Source: a virus (Duplodnaviria; Caudoviricetes). From it: DNA of 39,843 bases. Below are positions 32,677 through 39,843 of the stretch, one piece after another. The notes beneath the pieces are model-generated. The model saw nothing but the letters and a program-made list of their open reading frames with translations, was not told the origin of the DNA and did not search any database. The stretch covers positions 1 through 39,843 of IMG/VR virus record IMGVR_UViG_3300036786_000016; one strand, given 5' to 3'. Every line of letters begins with the position of its first letter. The stretch's first letter is position 1. Both the position numbers and the translations under genes were made by a program.

Positions 32677-33989
32677 TCAGTAATGCCCGACATGTCCGCG
32701 ATCACGAACGCGTTTGGCTGCACGATGCCGAACGCATAACGGTCCTCGGCCAAGATCGCGACCATGTTGCGGATGAAGAAATCTGCGTGTGAGTTCGAGA
32801 CGGCGAGCGTCGAGTCTTCGCGATCCCAAACGATGCCCTTGCGGAAATCGCCACACACGATCGTGCCCTGCGCGACCGACTCGGACTCGACGACGGGGAG
32901 ACCCCAAATCGTCGGGGTGCCGAGCTGCTGCGGGCCGCCGAAATAGTACCGGCCCGTGTTGTCGACCAGCAGATCGATGGCTTCCCAGTCGTACGGGTGC
33001 ATGAGGTACGCCGTGGCCAGCGAGCGGCCGACAACGCGCACGAGCGTACGCATGTGCCGAACGGCGCCCAGTGTATCGATGGTAGGCGCGTACGCCTGCG
33101 TGCCGTCGACGCTGAGCAACCCGTCGAAGTTCTCGCCGGTGCCGTCGCCGTTGATAATCTGATCCTCGACCTCTTCCCTGAGGCCGTATGTGAGGAACGC
33201 GTCGATCAGGGTGCGAATCTGCGCCGCGTCCGTCAGGGCGCGGGTAGTCGCCGGAATCCAGTGCGCGAATGTCCGGACAAGCGACGTCTTCTTGTCCAGC
33301 GCCAACCCCGATTCGGACTTGACACCGTGCGCAGCGTCGACGCTGCCCGGCGTCGCCGTCGTGGTCGACTCGGCCACCGGGCTCGCGTTGTTCGTCGTGC
33401 TGGTCACCTGCACATAGTCGACAGCGTCACTCGTGGTCTGACCCTGAGAGAACAAGCCCTGAACGTTGAGCGGACGTTGGAACTGGTCGAGGCCAGCCTG
33501 TAGGCCGATGTTGTCATTGATGACAAACGCACCGGCAGACGTATCCGAACCGCCCGTGACCAGCGTCTTGAGCTGGACGGCGCCGGACTCGATCCGGGTC
33601 TTCTCACGGAACCGGCCGTTTGGCGCACTCTTGATCAGCGTCTTGTACTCGTCGCTGCCGACGAACGCCTCGCCGATGGTCTTGCGACGCCGGCCGCCGA
33701 CAGCAGCCTGTGCCGCGGCCAGCTTCTTGGCAACGTTTTCCGGGTCATCGTCGACGAAATCCGACATCGAAATGTCGCCATCGAGCCCCTTGAGCTTGTC
33801 GCGCATCGTCTTGTCCGCCGTGGCAAGCGACTTCTTGCGCTTGAGATCGGCGATTTCTTCCATCTTGCTGCCGATCTCGGCGTACTCGGCGTCAGTCATC
33901 TGACGCTTTTCGCCATCGGCGGCATCCGCGATTGCGCGCGCCGCGAGTGCGGCCGTCTTAATCGATGCGTTGAGCTGCTCCAGCGTCAC
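32673..33989 (-). CDS. Major capsid protein, HK97 fold with N-terminal delta domain
   Basis: Coiled-coil N-terminus; TFAHWIPAT...DQIINGDGTGENFDGL; YLMHPYDW; WGLPVVES...GDF; FIRNMVAILAEDRYAFGIVQPNAF. Confidence 0.95.
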   Translation of the reverse strand: MTLEQLNASIKTAALAARAIADAADGEKRQMTDAEYAEIGSKMEEIADLKRKKSLATADKTMRDKLKGLDGDISMSDFVDDDPENVAKKLAAAQAAVGGRRRKTIGEAFVGSDEYKTLIKSAPNGRFREKTRIESGAVQLKTLVTGGSDTSAGAFVINDNIGLQAGLDQFQRPLNVQGLFSQGQTTSDAVDYVQVTSTTNNASPVAESTTTATPGSVDAAHGVKSESGLALDKKTSLVRTFAHWIPATTRALTDAAQIRTLIDAFLTYGLREEVEDQIINGDGTGENFDGLLSVDGTQAYAPTIDTLGAVRHMRTLVRVVGRSLATAYLMHPYDWEAIDLLVDNTGRYYFGGPQQLGTPTIWGLPVVESESVAQGTIVCGDFRKGIVWDREDSTLAVSNSHADFFIRNMVAILAEDRYAFGIVQPNAFVIADMSGITE

Positions 33990-34025
33990 CGCATGCCCCT
34001 CTCTGGATAGTGGGTTTGCCTCGAC

Positions 34026-34850
34026 CTATTCGCTGTCGACGTCTGACAGTTCAAGATCAATGAGGGCCATCACTCCAGCGGCGCGCAGGTTGGACGCTCC
34101 GACACCATCGGCTGAGCCGTCCGTGTCCCCGTCGGTGCTGCCATGGCTGTTGTTCTTGGTCTGGTTGGATAGTACATGTTTCGCCGAGTCGCACGGAACA
34201 CCAAGCGTCACGAGCGCCGCGTGCATGTCCGTCAACGACTTCATATCGGCATCGGAGTGCCGGGCGCCCGCCTTGACCCTCGATGCCAGATCGATGATCG
34301 TGCGCTTCGCGCCGATCAAGGTAGTTTCTTGGTTCGCGCCCAGCAGCGTCGGGCCAACCTCGTGCAGATCAACCGCCTTGATGAGCCAGTTTTCCTCGCC
34401 GGCGTACACGCCGTAACCGGCGTCCATCTCGGTGTACGCGAAACTGAACTGCGTCACCCGGCCGCCCGCCATGAGCCTGCTCACCTGAGCGGCGCGCGGG
34501 TTTGTGTCAATGTCGTTCTGTCCGAGCACCCATAGGCCGGGCGGGGAATCGGGCGCGAACTTGGCGGCCGGCACCTCTTGCGCATCGAGCACGACGCCGA
34601 TATGTGAATCGGGGTCTTGCCAGTCGTGCGACCAGATAACCGGGATCGGATCGCCGGTTTTCTGGTAGGCCGCGAGCGTGTCGTTGAACGCTCCCGGCAG
34701 CATGACGTCGCCGTACGAGTCGACGTTGCCGAACACGGACACGATCGCCGAGAACTGACCCGGCTTGAGGTCGCTGCCGTCTTGTCCGGCGGCCTTGATG
34801 ACGTGCGCGCGAGCTCGCTTCACGATCAATTCATTGGTCTTGACCCTCAT
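34026..34850 (-). CDS. HK97-family prohead (capsid maturation) protease
   Basis: SVFGNVDSYGDVMLPGAF, IWSHDW, QFSFAY, LHEVGPTLLGANQET; ATG 34850 coupled to the portal stop. Confidence 0.92.
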   Translation of the reverse strand: MRVKTNELIVKRARAHVIKAAGQDGSDLKPGQFSAIVSVFGNVDSYGDVMLPGAFNDTLAAYQKTGDPIPVIWSHDWQDPDSHIGVVLDAQEVPAAKFAPDSPPGLWVLGQNDIDTNPRAAQVSRLMAGGRVTQFSFAYTEMDAGYGVYAGEENWLIKAVDLHEVGPTLLGANQETTLIGAKRTIIDLASRVKAGARHSDADMKSLTDMHAALVTLGVPCDSAKHVLSNQTKNNSHGSTDGDTDGSADGVGASNLRAAGVMALIDLELSDVDSE

Positions 34851-36823
34851 GCCGCAACCCCTTCCGGGATGATCTCGATGTCGCAGTTGCATCCGGCGAC
34901 CTGATTTTCGTCGAGGTTGATCGAGTCGCCCGGCCACCGGGCGCCGTTCGAGAAATGCTCATCGAGCCCGACGGTTTCGCCGTTCAGCTTGGCATGCTCG
35001 GGCCGCGGATTCTCGCCGGTGAGCCAGCGCTTCCGCGCACCGAGCCCGGCCACCTGCCGGCCAGCCTCGACCGTCGACCATGACGCCACGGAGGTCGCCT
35101 GTGTGCGACCTCCCTCCACGGCGCGCTGAGCGATGGCGAGCGCGAACACGGCCGACAGCGCCGCCTCGACGTCGTGCGCGAGCAGCGCCGTGGCAATTTG
35201 GTTCTTGGTCACCGTGTTGATACTCGCCGCGACGCCGGCCGTCTGCGCCTGCAGGTAATGCACGGTGTCGTCCGGCTCGTACCCGTCCGGCGACCCGAGC
35301 GACTTGGCAACAGTGCTGCCGGTCAGGGCCGCGAGCGGCGCCGCGAGCCGGTAGAGATCAGCGCCGAGCTCACCATTCCACCGGTCGAGGTCGAACAGCT
35401 GATGCACCTCGGTGTCGGCGCTGGCCTGCGCATATTTTCCGATAACGGATTTCAGCTGACGCCCGAATGTGGCTGCGAGCATGTCGACGTGTGCCTTGAC
35501 GGCAGCATCCGGCGCCGCGGCCTTGCTGCCGCGGCGCTTCGGCGGTGCCGGGTCGTTCGGATTGAGGGGGTTCTGATCGGCCGGGTCCGGCGCCGAGTCC
35601 TGCGGGGAAGCCTGCCCTCCGGCCGTCACGTTCAGTGGCGTGATGAGCTCGTCGCCACCTTCGATCGCCGGCAGGTTGATTCGCCCGCGGCCCTCGTTGC
35701 GGGTCATGTACGGGCCGCCGATAGCAGCCTGCAGCATCGTCGCCTGAGACTCGAAATCGCCCTTGAGCTTGGCATTGATGTTGTACTCGACGTAGTTCTT
35801 GCGGGCATCGTAGAAGTCGGGCACGAGCTGAGTGTTGATCTCACCCTCGCTCGATACCGTCCATGGGCCGAGCGTGTCTACGTACAACTGCACATGCTGC
35901 TCATCGATGTTCGACAATGTCGCATGATCGAGAATGCCGACCAGCGGCGGGGGAATGTGATACGCCGCCGCGACCTCTTCACGGGTCAGCTTCCGGCTCT
36001 CGACGTACTGAGAGTCCTTCGGCGAGTAGCCCGCCTGCTGCCAGGTCATGCCGTCTTCAAGAACCGGCGCCGATCCTGACTTGGCACCATCGAGCAGATA
36101 CGCCGCCCAGTCGGATTCGAAGCGCTCGCGTGCGGGCGTATCCCATTCCGGCGCCTCGGCCGGCCGCGAGATCACGCCGGACGAGATCGCGCCGCGCTCC
36201 CACAGCGCCTCACGACTGGCCGTGGCCGCGTATTCCTCGCTCAGGATCGTGCGCAGTGACTCGATCGGCGACACGCCGCGCCGCGTGTCTTCCGGGTCGT
36301 ACCCGGCAAACGTGACGATGTCAGCGGACGGCACGTCCAAGAAACCCTTGGTGCCGTAGATGCGATACGCGTCGACCTCGAACCAGTCGCCACCGACCGG
36401 CATGATCCGACTTGGCGGGATGCGCCGGAGAAATCCAGGTGCCTCGCCGACGTTGGAACGGATCTTGAGCCAATACGCCGTGTCGTACAGCGCACGGTCG
36501 GCGAACATTCCGTAGTTGAGCCGGTAGCCAGTGGTGGTCGGGTTCGCCGAAAACTCCAGCATGTACGCGAGCTCGGATTCATCCATCGTCAGCCGCTTGC
36601 GGTCCGTGTCTGACGTGCGCTCGAACGTCTGGCAGGCCAGCGACGCGAGGTTGCGCGCGAGGAAATCAACCACCATCCGCACGGCAGGCTGCGTGCGGTA
36701 GATCTGCGCGTACGTCAGCGCAGCGTGCCGGCCGATGGCGATGCCGCGGCGCGTCGGGAAGCCGAACGGAGTGATGTCTTGCCCGATGGTCGCCAGCGAC
36801 CCATCGGAGATGACGAATGCCAC
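34847..36823 (-). CDS. Portal protein (HK97 family) fused to a MuF-like minor head domain
   Basis: GVSPIESLR, VLEDGMTW, EVAAAYHIPPPLVG, MTRNEGR...LPAIEGGDEL; Pro-rich linker; KRWLT...RPEHAKLNGE...WPGD...GCNC. Confidence 0.92.
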   Translation of the reverse strand: MAFVISDGSLATIGQDITPFGFPTRRGIAIGRHAALTYAQIYRTQPAVRMVVDFLARNLASLACQTFERTSDTDRKRLTMDESELAYMLEFSANPTTTGYRLNYGMFADRALYDTAYWLKIRSNVGEAPGFLRRIPPSRIMPVGGDWFEVDAYRIYGTKGFLDVPSADIVTFAGYDPEDTRRGVSPIESLRTILSEEYAATASREALWERGAISSGVISRPAEAPEWDTPARERFESDWAAYLLDGAKSGSAPVLEDGMTWQQAGYSPKDSQYVESRKLTREEVAAAYHIPPPLVGILDHATLSNIDEQHVQLYVDTLGPWTVSSEGEINTQLVPDFYDARKNYVEYNINAKLKGDFESQATMLQAAIGGPYMTRNEGRGRINLPAIEGGDELITPLNVTAGGQASPQDSAPDPADQNPLNPNDPAPPKRRGSKAAAPDAAVKAHVDMLAATFGRQLKSVIGKYAQASADTEVHQLFDLDRWNGELGADLYRLAAPLAALTGSTVAKSLGSPDGYEPDDTVHYLQAQTAGVAASINTVTKNQIATALLAHDVEAALSAVFALAIAQRAVEGGRTQATSVASWSTVEAGRQVAGLGARKRWLTGENPRPEHAKLNGETVGLDEHFSNGARWPGDSINLDENQVAGCNCDIEIIPEGVAA

Positions 36824-36838
36824 GCCGGCCCCTCCCCG

Positions 36839-37036
36839 CTAGACGGTCTGAACGAAATCAATGGCCGAGCATGGAATGCACAGCGTGCCGTCGGCCGGGG
36901 CGGACTTGCTCGGGTCCATCCGCGGCTCGCCGACGCGACCAGCTGTGACGCGCACGCACCATGGCCAGCTGAGCGCCTTGGTGCCCATGATGGTACGGCC
37001 CGTGCGGAGATGCACCACTACGCGCCGCTGCCTCAT
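36839..37036 (-). CDS. Small protein between TerL and portal
   Basis: VVVHLRTGRTIMG...DGTLCIPCSAIDFVQ (Sm/LSm-like strand pattern); ATGA coupling. Confidence 0.7.
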   Translation of the reverse strand: MRQRRVVVHLRTGRTIMGTKALSWPWCVRVTAGRVGEPRMDPSKSAPADGTLCIPCSAIDFVQTV

Positions 37037-38880
37037 CTTCGACCCACCACAGTCAGCCCCCTGTTCGCGTACGCGCTCCGGCGCTCCGGTGGCGCCGCCA
37101 TCGCCCGGTTGAGTGCGATGGTAGCGGCCGCAACGCCGTCGATCTTATCGGCCGACCGGGCCCGGTCCGGCTTGACGTTCCCCGCGGGATCCATCGCCAC
37201 CGCGAGGTTGCCCACCATCCACCGGGCAACCGGGTGTGATCCGTGCCGGAAGATCGGATTTTGCGGGGTCGAGGCCAAGATCATGCGCTTGAGTTCCTTG
37301 AGCGGTGGCGACAGCGACGCGAAACCCTGCCTGACCGGCACGAGCTTGAGACCCTTGCCGGTCAGGTTGTTCACGATCGGCGCCGCATTCCACGGGTCAT
37401 AACCGATTTCCCGCACCGCGTACGTCTTGTGATCCTCCTCGATGTCGTTCTCGACCTGCTCATAGTCCTGTACGTCGCCGTCGGTGACAGTGAAACGTCC
37501 GTCGCGGCGCCAGCCCTCCGCCATTTTGCTCGTACGCTTCACCAGCTGCTTATACGCACCCTCAGGGAGCCAGAACCGCCACTTGACGTCGTAACCGCCG
37601 TCGCCGTCCGGGAACAGCAGCGCGTACGCGGTGAAGTCCGACGATGACGCCAAGTCGAGGCCGCCAAACGCCGCCCGGGCCGCGAGTCGGCCGATATCGA
37701 CGATCGACATGCAGTTATCCCATGATTTGATCGTGATGTACGTCGTCGATTGCTTCGTACGGATGCCGAGGTGAAGGCGGAGATATTTCGAGTAGTCTGC
37801 CGGCGACTCACGCGCCACGGTGGCCTGTCGCGCCAGGTACGAGCGCGTCGGCGACACCCCGAAACCGGGATTGGCCAGCCGCTGCGCCTCTTCGCTGAAC
37901 AGATCGATACCGAGCTTGTCGGCGTCCTCTTCCGAGTCGGCAACCGCCCAGATCACGCCGTATGTGGTCGGGTCGAGGTACGCGCGCTCGGCCAGCTGCA
38001 CGATGCGGTTGCGCTTGCGGACATACACCGTATCCGGCTTGCCCTCGTCGGCGGTGGTGATGAGTACGCCGAGCGGTTGCGTCCGCGAGCCCGTGCCGGT
38101 CTCGATGGTCTCGATGAGCTCCGGCGACTTGTGCACGTGCACTTCGTCGACGCAGTAGAAATGCAAATTGGCGCCGTGCATGCCCTCCGCGACTGACGAG
38201 ACAACGGAGAATTCGGACGCCGTCGCAAGATGGATGATCTTCTTGCGATAAGCCTTTGCGTACGGCTTGAGAGCTGGCGAGGAATTGACCAGCGAGCGCA
38301 CCGGGTCGAACACGAATCCAGCCTGTTTTTCGGTGGTGGCCGCGGCCACGCATTCCGCGCCGGACTCACCGTCGGCGCACGACATGTAAATGCCGAGACC
38401 ACCGATGAGCGTGCTCTTGCCGTTCTTCCGGGAGACCTCGACCCACAGCTCACGGATGATGCGCACGAGCTCGTCCGGGTCATCGCCGTAGTCGATCCAG
38501 CCGAACACAGGCGCGATGATCCACGCGATCTGCCACGTGTCAGGGTTCAGCGGCCGGCCAGCCCACTGGCCTTTAGTGTGGCGCAGGTTCCGGAACACGG
38601 ACAGCACCTTGTCGACCCGGTTGCCGTCGAACAGCGCCGTCCGCACGATCTCGCCGGGCTCCGGCGTCTTGTGCAGCGGCGCCTGCCAGACCTCGGGCAA
38701 CCTGAGCCCGCGCGACAGCATGTAATGCGCCACCTCGGGCGACATTTTGAGCTCAGCGAGGTAGTCGGCGTCCGGCAGTTTCGGATGCGCGGAAGGACAG
38801 GACTCGCAGCGCACGGCCCGATAATTGACGGGCGCGGGCGGGCGCTTAGCCGGTGGCCGAGAACGGGTTAACGTCGCCAT
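37033..38880 (-). CDS. terL: Terminase large subunit
   Basis: WQ motif, Walker A SRKNGKS, Walker B CVDEVH, ITTA coupling motif, GGLDLASSSDFTA nuclease, YDPWNA, KIDGVAA. Confidence 0.97.
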   Translation of the reverse strand: MATLTRSRPPAKRPPAPVNYRAVRCESCPSAHPKLPDADYLAELKMSPEVAHYMLSRGLRLPEVWQAPLHKTPEPGEIVRTALFDGNRVDKVLSVFRNLRHTKGQWAGRPLNPDTWQIAWIIAPVFGWIDYGDDPDELVRIIRELWVEVSRKNGKSTLIGGLGIYMSCADGESGAECVAAATTEKQAGFVFDPVRSLVNSSPALKPYAKAYRKKIIHLATASEFSVVSSVAEGMHGANLHFYCVDEVHVHKSPELIETIETGTGSRTQPLGVLITTADEGKPDTVYVRKRNRIVQLAERAYLDPTTYGVIWAVADSEEDADKLGIDLFSEEAQRLANPGFGVSPTRSYLARQATVARESPADYSKYLRLHLGIRTKQSTTYITIKSWDNCMSIVDIGRLAARAAFGGLDLASSSDFTAYALLFPDGDGGYDVKWRFWLPEGAYKQLVKRTSKMAEGWRRDGRFTVTDGDVQDYEQVENDIEEDHKTYAVREIGYDPWNAAPIVNNLTGKGLKLVPVRQGFASLSPPLKELKRMILASTPQNPIFRHGSHPVARWMVGNLAVAMDPAGNVKPDRARSADKIDGVAAATIALNRAMAAPPERRSAYANRGLTVVGRR

Positions 38881-39433
38881 CTACGCCGCCACCCTTACCC
38901 AAATTGGCCAGCCCGCCCATGGCCGACGGGTTGAATCCAAACAGCGTGCCGAGCGCCTTGATGCGCATCGCCGCGGCGTTCTGGACAGCCACCGACGGGT
39001 TTGCCTTGCGCTCGATCACGGGCGCCGGGCGGAAGTAGCCGACCTTGCGGCCCTCGAATTCCGTCGCTACCTCTTCCGGGTCCCACTCAAGATCATCATA
39101 GGCGACGAACCTGACGCCATCCTTGACAGTCTCATGGATGAGACCGCGGCGCCGGATGTCGAGCGTCGCATCACGGAACTGCTCGACCGACTCACAGTAG
39201 GCCGCGAGCGCCGCGAAATCCTCCGGCTTCGTCAAGTTCAGCTTGACGATTTGCCCGACGGAGATCGCCCATACCTCGGCCGCGTATTCGCCGAGCCATG
39301 GCGGTGGCTCGGGTGCCGTGTCGTCGAATGGGGGCGGTGGCTCGACCACCCGGCCGCCCGAGTCGCGGCCAGCAGCGCGGCCAGTGAGCAAACGCAGGTT
39401 CGGCGGCGCCTTAGCCGGGCCGCGGGCACCCAT
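38846..39433 (-). CDS. terS: Terminase small subunit (P27 family)
   Basis: MGARGP...PEPPPWL...AEVW...DFAALAAYC...NPSV...FGFNPSA; ATG 39433 TAATG-coupled. Confidence 0.9.
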   Translation of the reverse strand: MGARGPAKAPPNLRLLTGRAAGRDSGGRVVEPPPPFDDTAPEPPPWLGEYAAEVWAISVGQIVKLNLTKPEDFAALAAYCESVEQFRDATLDIRRRGLIHETVKDGVRFVAYDDLEWDPEEVATEFEGRKVGYFRPAPVIERKANPSVAVQNAAAMRIKALGTLFGFNPSAMGGLANLGKGGGVDGDVNPFSATG

Positions 39434-39735
39434 TACAAACCACCGGCCGACTTGATCGTTTCGGCCGCGGCCAGAAACTTCGCGTCGATGTCGGGGCCTG
39501 GCTCGAAGCTCCACGGCTCAGGATCTCCACTCGCCCCACTGCCGACCATGTACCACCCGTCCGACTTCTCGCCGGTGGGGTCAATCGAGATCGCCAGCGC
39601 CACGCCACGCGGATGGAACACGGCGGCGTTGATGAGCCACAGCAGGCCCGACGATGAGAGCTCGGCGAGCGAGCGAACTGTTGGCCGGGTCTCGCCGTCA
39701 GCGGGCGTGAACGGTGGGCGGGATTCGATCGTCAT
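39433..39735 (-). CDS. Conserved-looking small phage protein
   Basis: GLLWLINAAVFHPRGVALA motif resembles a widespread small phage protein family of unknown function. Confidence 0.7.
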   Translation of the reverse strand: MTIESRPPFTPADGETRPTVRSLAELSSSGLLWLINAAVFHPRGVALAISIDPTGEKSDGWYMVGSGASGDPEPWSFEPGPDIDAKFLAAAETIKSAGGL

Positions 39736-39785
39736 CGCAGGTCACCCAGAATTAGCACAGAGTCGATCTTGATGAGTGGTCGCAT
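39732..39785 (-). CDS. 17-aa leader ORF (MRPLIKIDSVLILGDLR)
   Basis: AAGGGGG RBS before ATG 39785; its TGA overlaps the next ATG (ATGA). Confidence 0.4.
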   Translation of the reverse strand: MRPLIKIDSVLILGDLR

Positions 39786-39843
39786 CCGTGCCCCCTTGTC
39801 GATCTTGGCAATCCGGGAAAACCTGAGCGGACGAAAGCTTCTC

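Larger units (their letters stand above)
1..39843 (-). mobile_element. Actinobacteriophage genome (siphovirus-like, HK97-type head), complete or near-complete
   Basis: Canonical order TerS-TerL-portal-protease-MCP-neck-tail-TMP-minor tail-lysis-replication-HNH on one strand, with tightly coupled ATGA/TAATG overlaps; high GC; no host housekeeping genes. Confidence 0.95.

Noticed and set aside
204-39772. Many long plus-strand ORFs (e.g. 7819-9063, 5618-6643, 11075-12094, 35174-36079, 38825-39772)
   Set aside because: Antisense shadows of minus-strand genes in high-GC DNA; Arg/Ala/Pro-rich with no recognisable motifs.

Overview
High-GC, tailed dsDNA actinobacteriophage (siphovirus-type, HK97-like head), probably a complete or nearly complete ~39.8 kb genome with essentially every gene on the minus strand. 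Reading from 39843 towards 1: packaging (P27-type TerS, TerL), portal-MuF fusion, prohead protease, major capsid, putative bead-chain neck fibre pair, head-tail joining, major tail, frameshifted tail chaperones, tape measure, minor tail/receptor-binding cluster (including a GH26-like hydrolase), GH25 lysis cassette, then an early/replication arm (HTH regulator, many small Zn-binding and membrane orphans, RuvC-like resolvase, Cas4/RecB-like nuclease, SSB-like protein, primase-polymerase/helicase) and a terminal HNH endonuclease. I saw no integrase, CI-like repressor, ParAB or replicative DNA polymerase. The most unusual signals are in the early arm: (i) a well-folded tRNA body with a 13-nt anticodon loop and no CCA; (ii) a membrane protein carrying an in-register look-alike of the terminase Walker B segment; (iii) two non-structural proteins carrying a capsid-like motif. 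Together these suggest a possible set of molecular decoys (inference only). Also seen: a recurring [FW]xAP[LIV] peptide motif, a GTGCA-N9-TGCAC operator regulon, a DnaA-box pair and an iteron-like origin candidate. All functional calls rest on motif recognition by eye; no database search was run.
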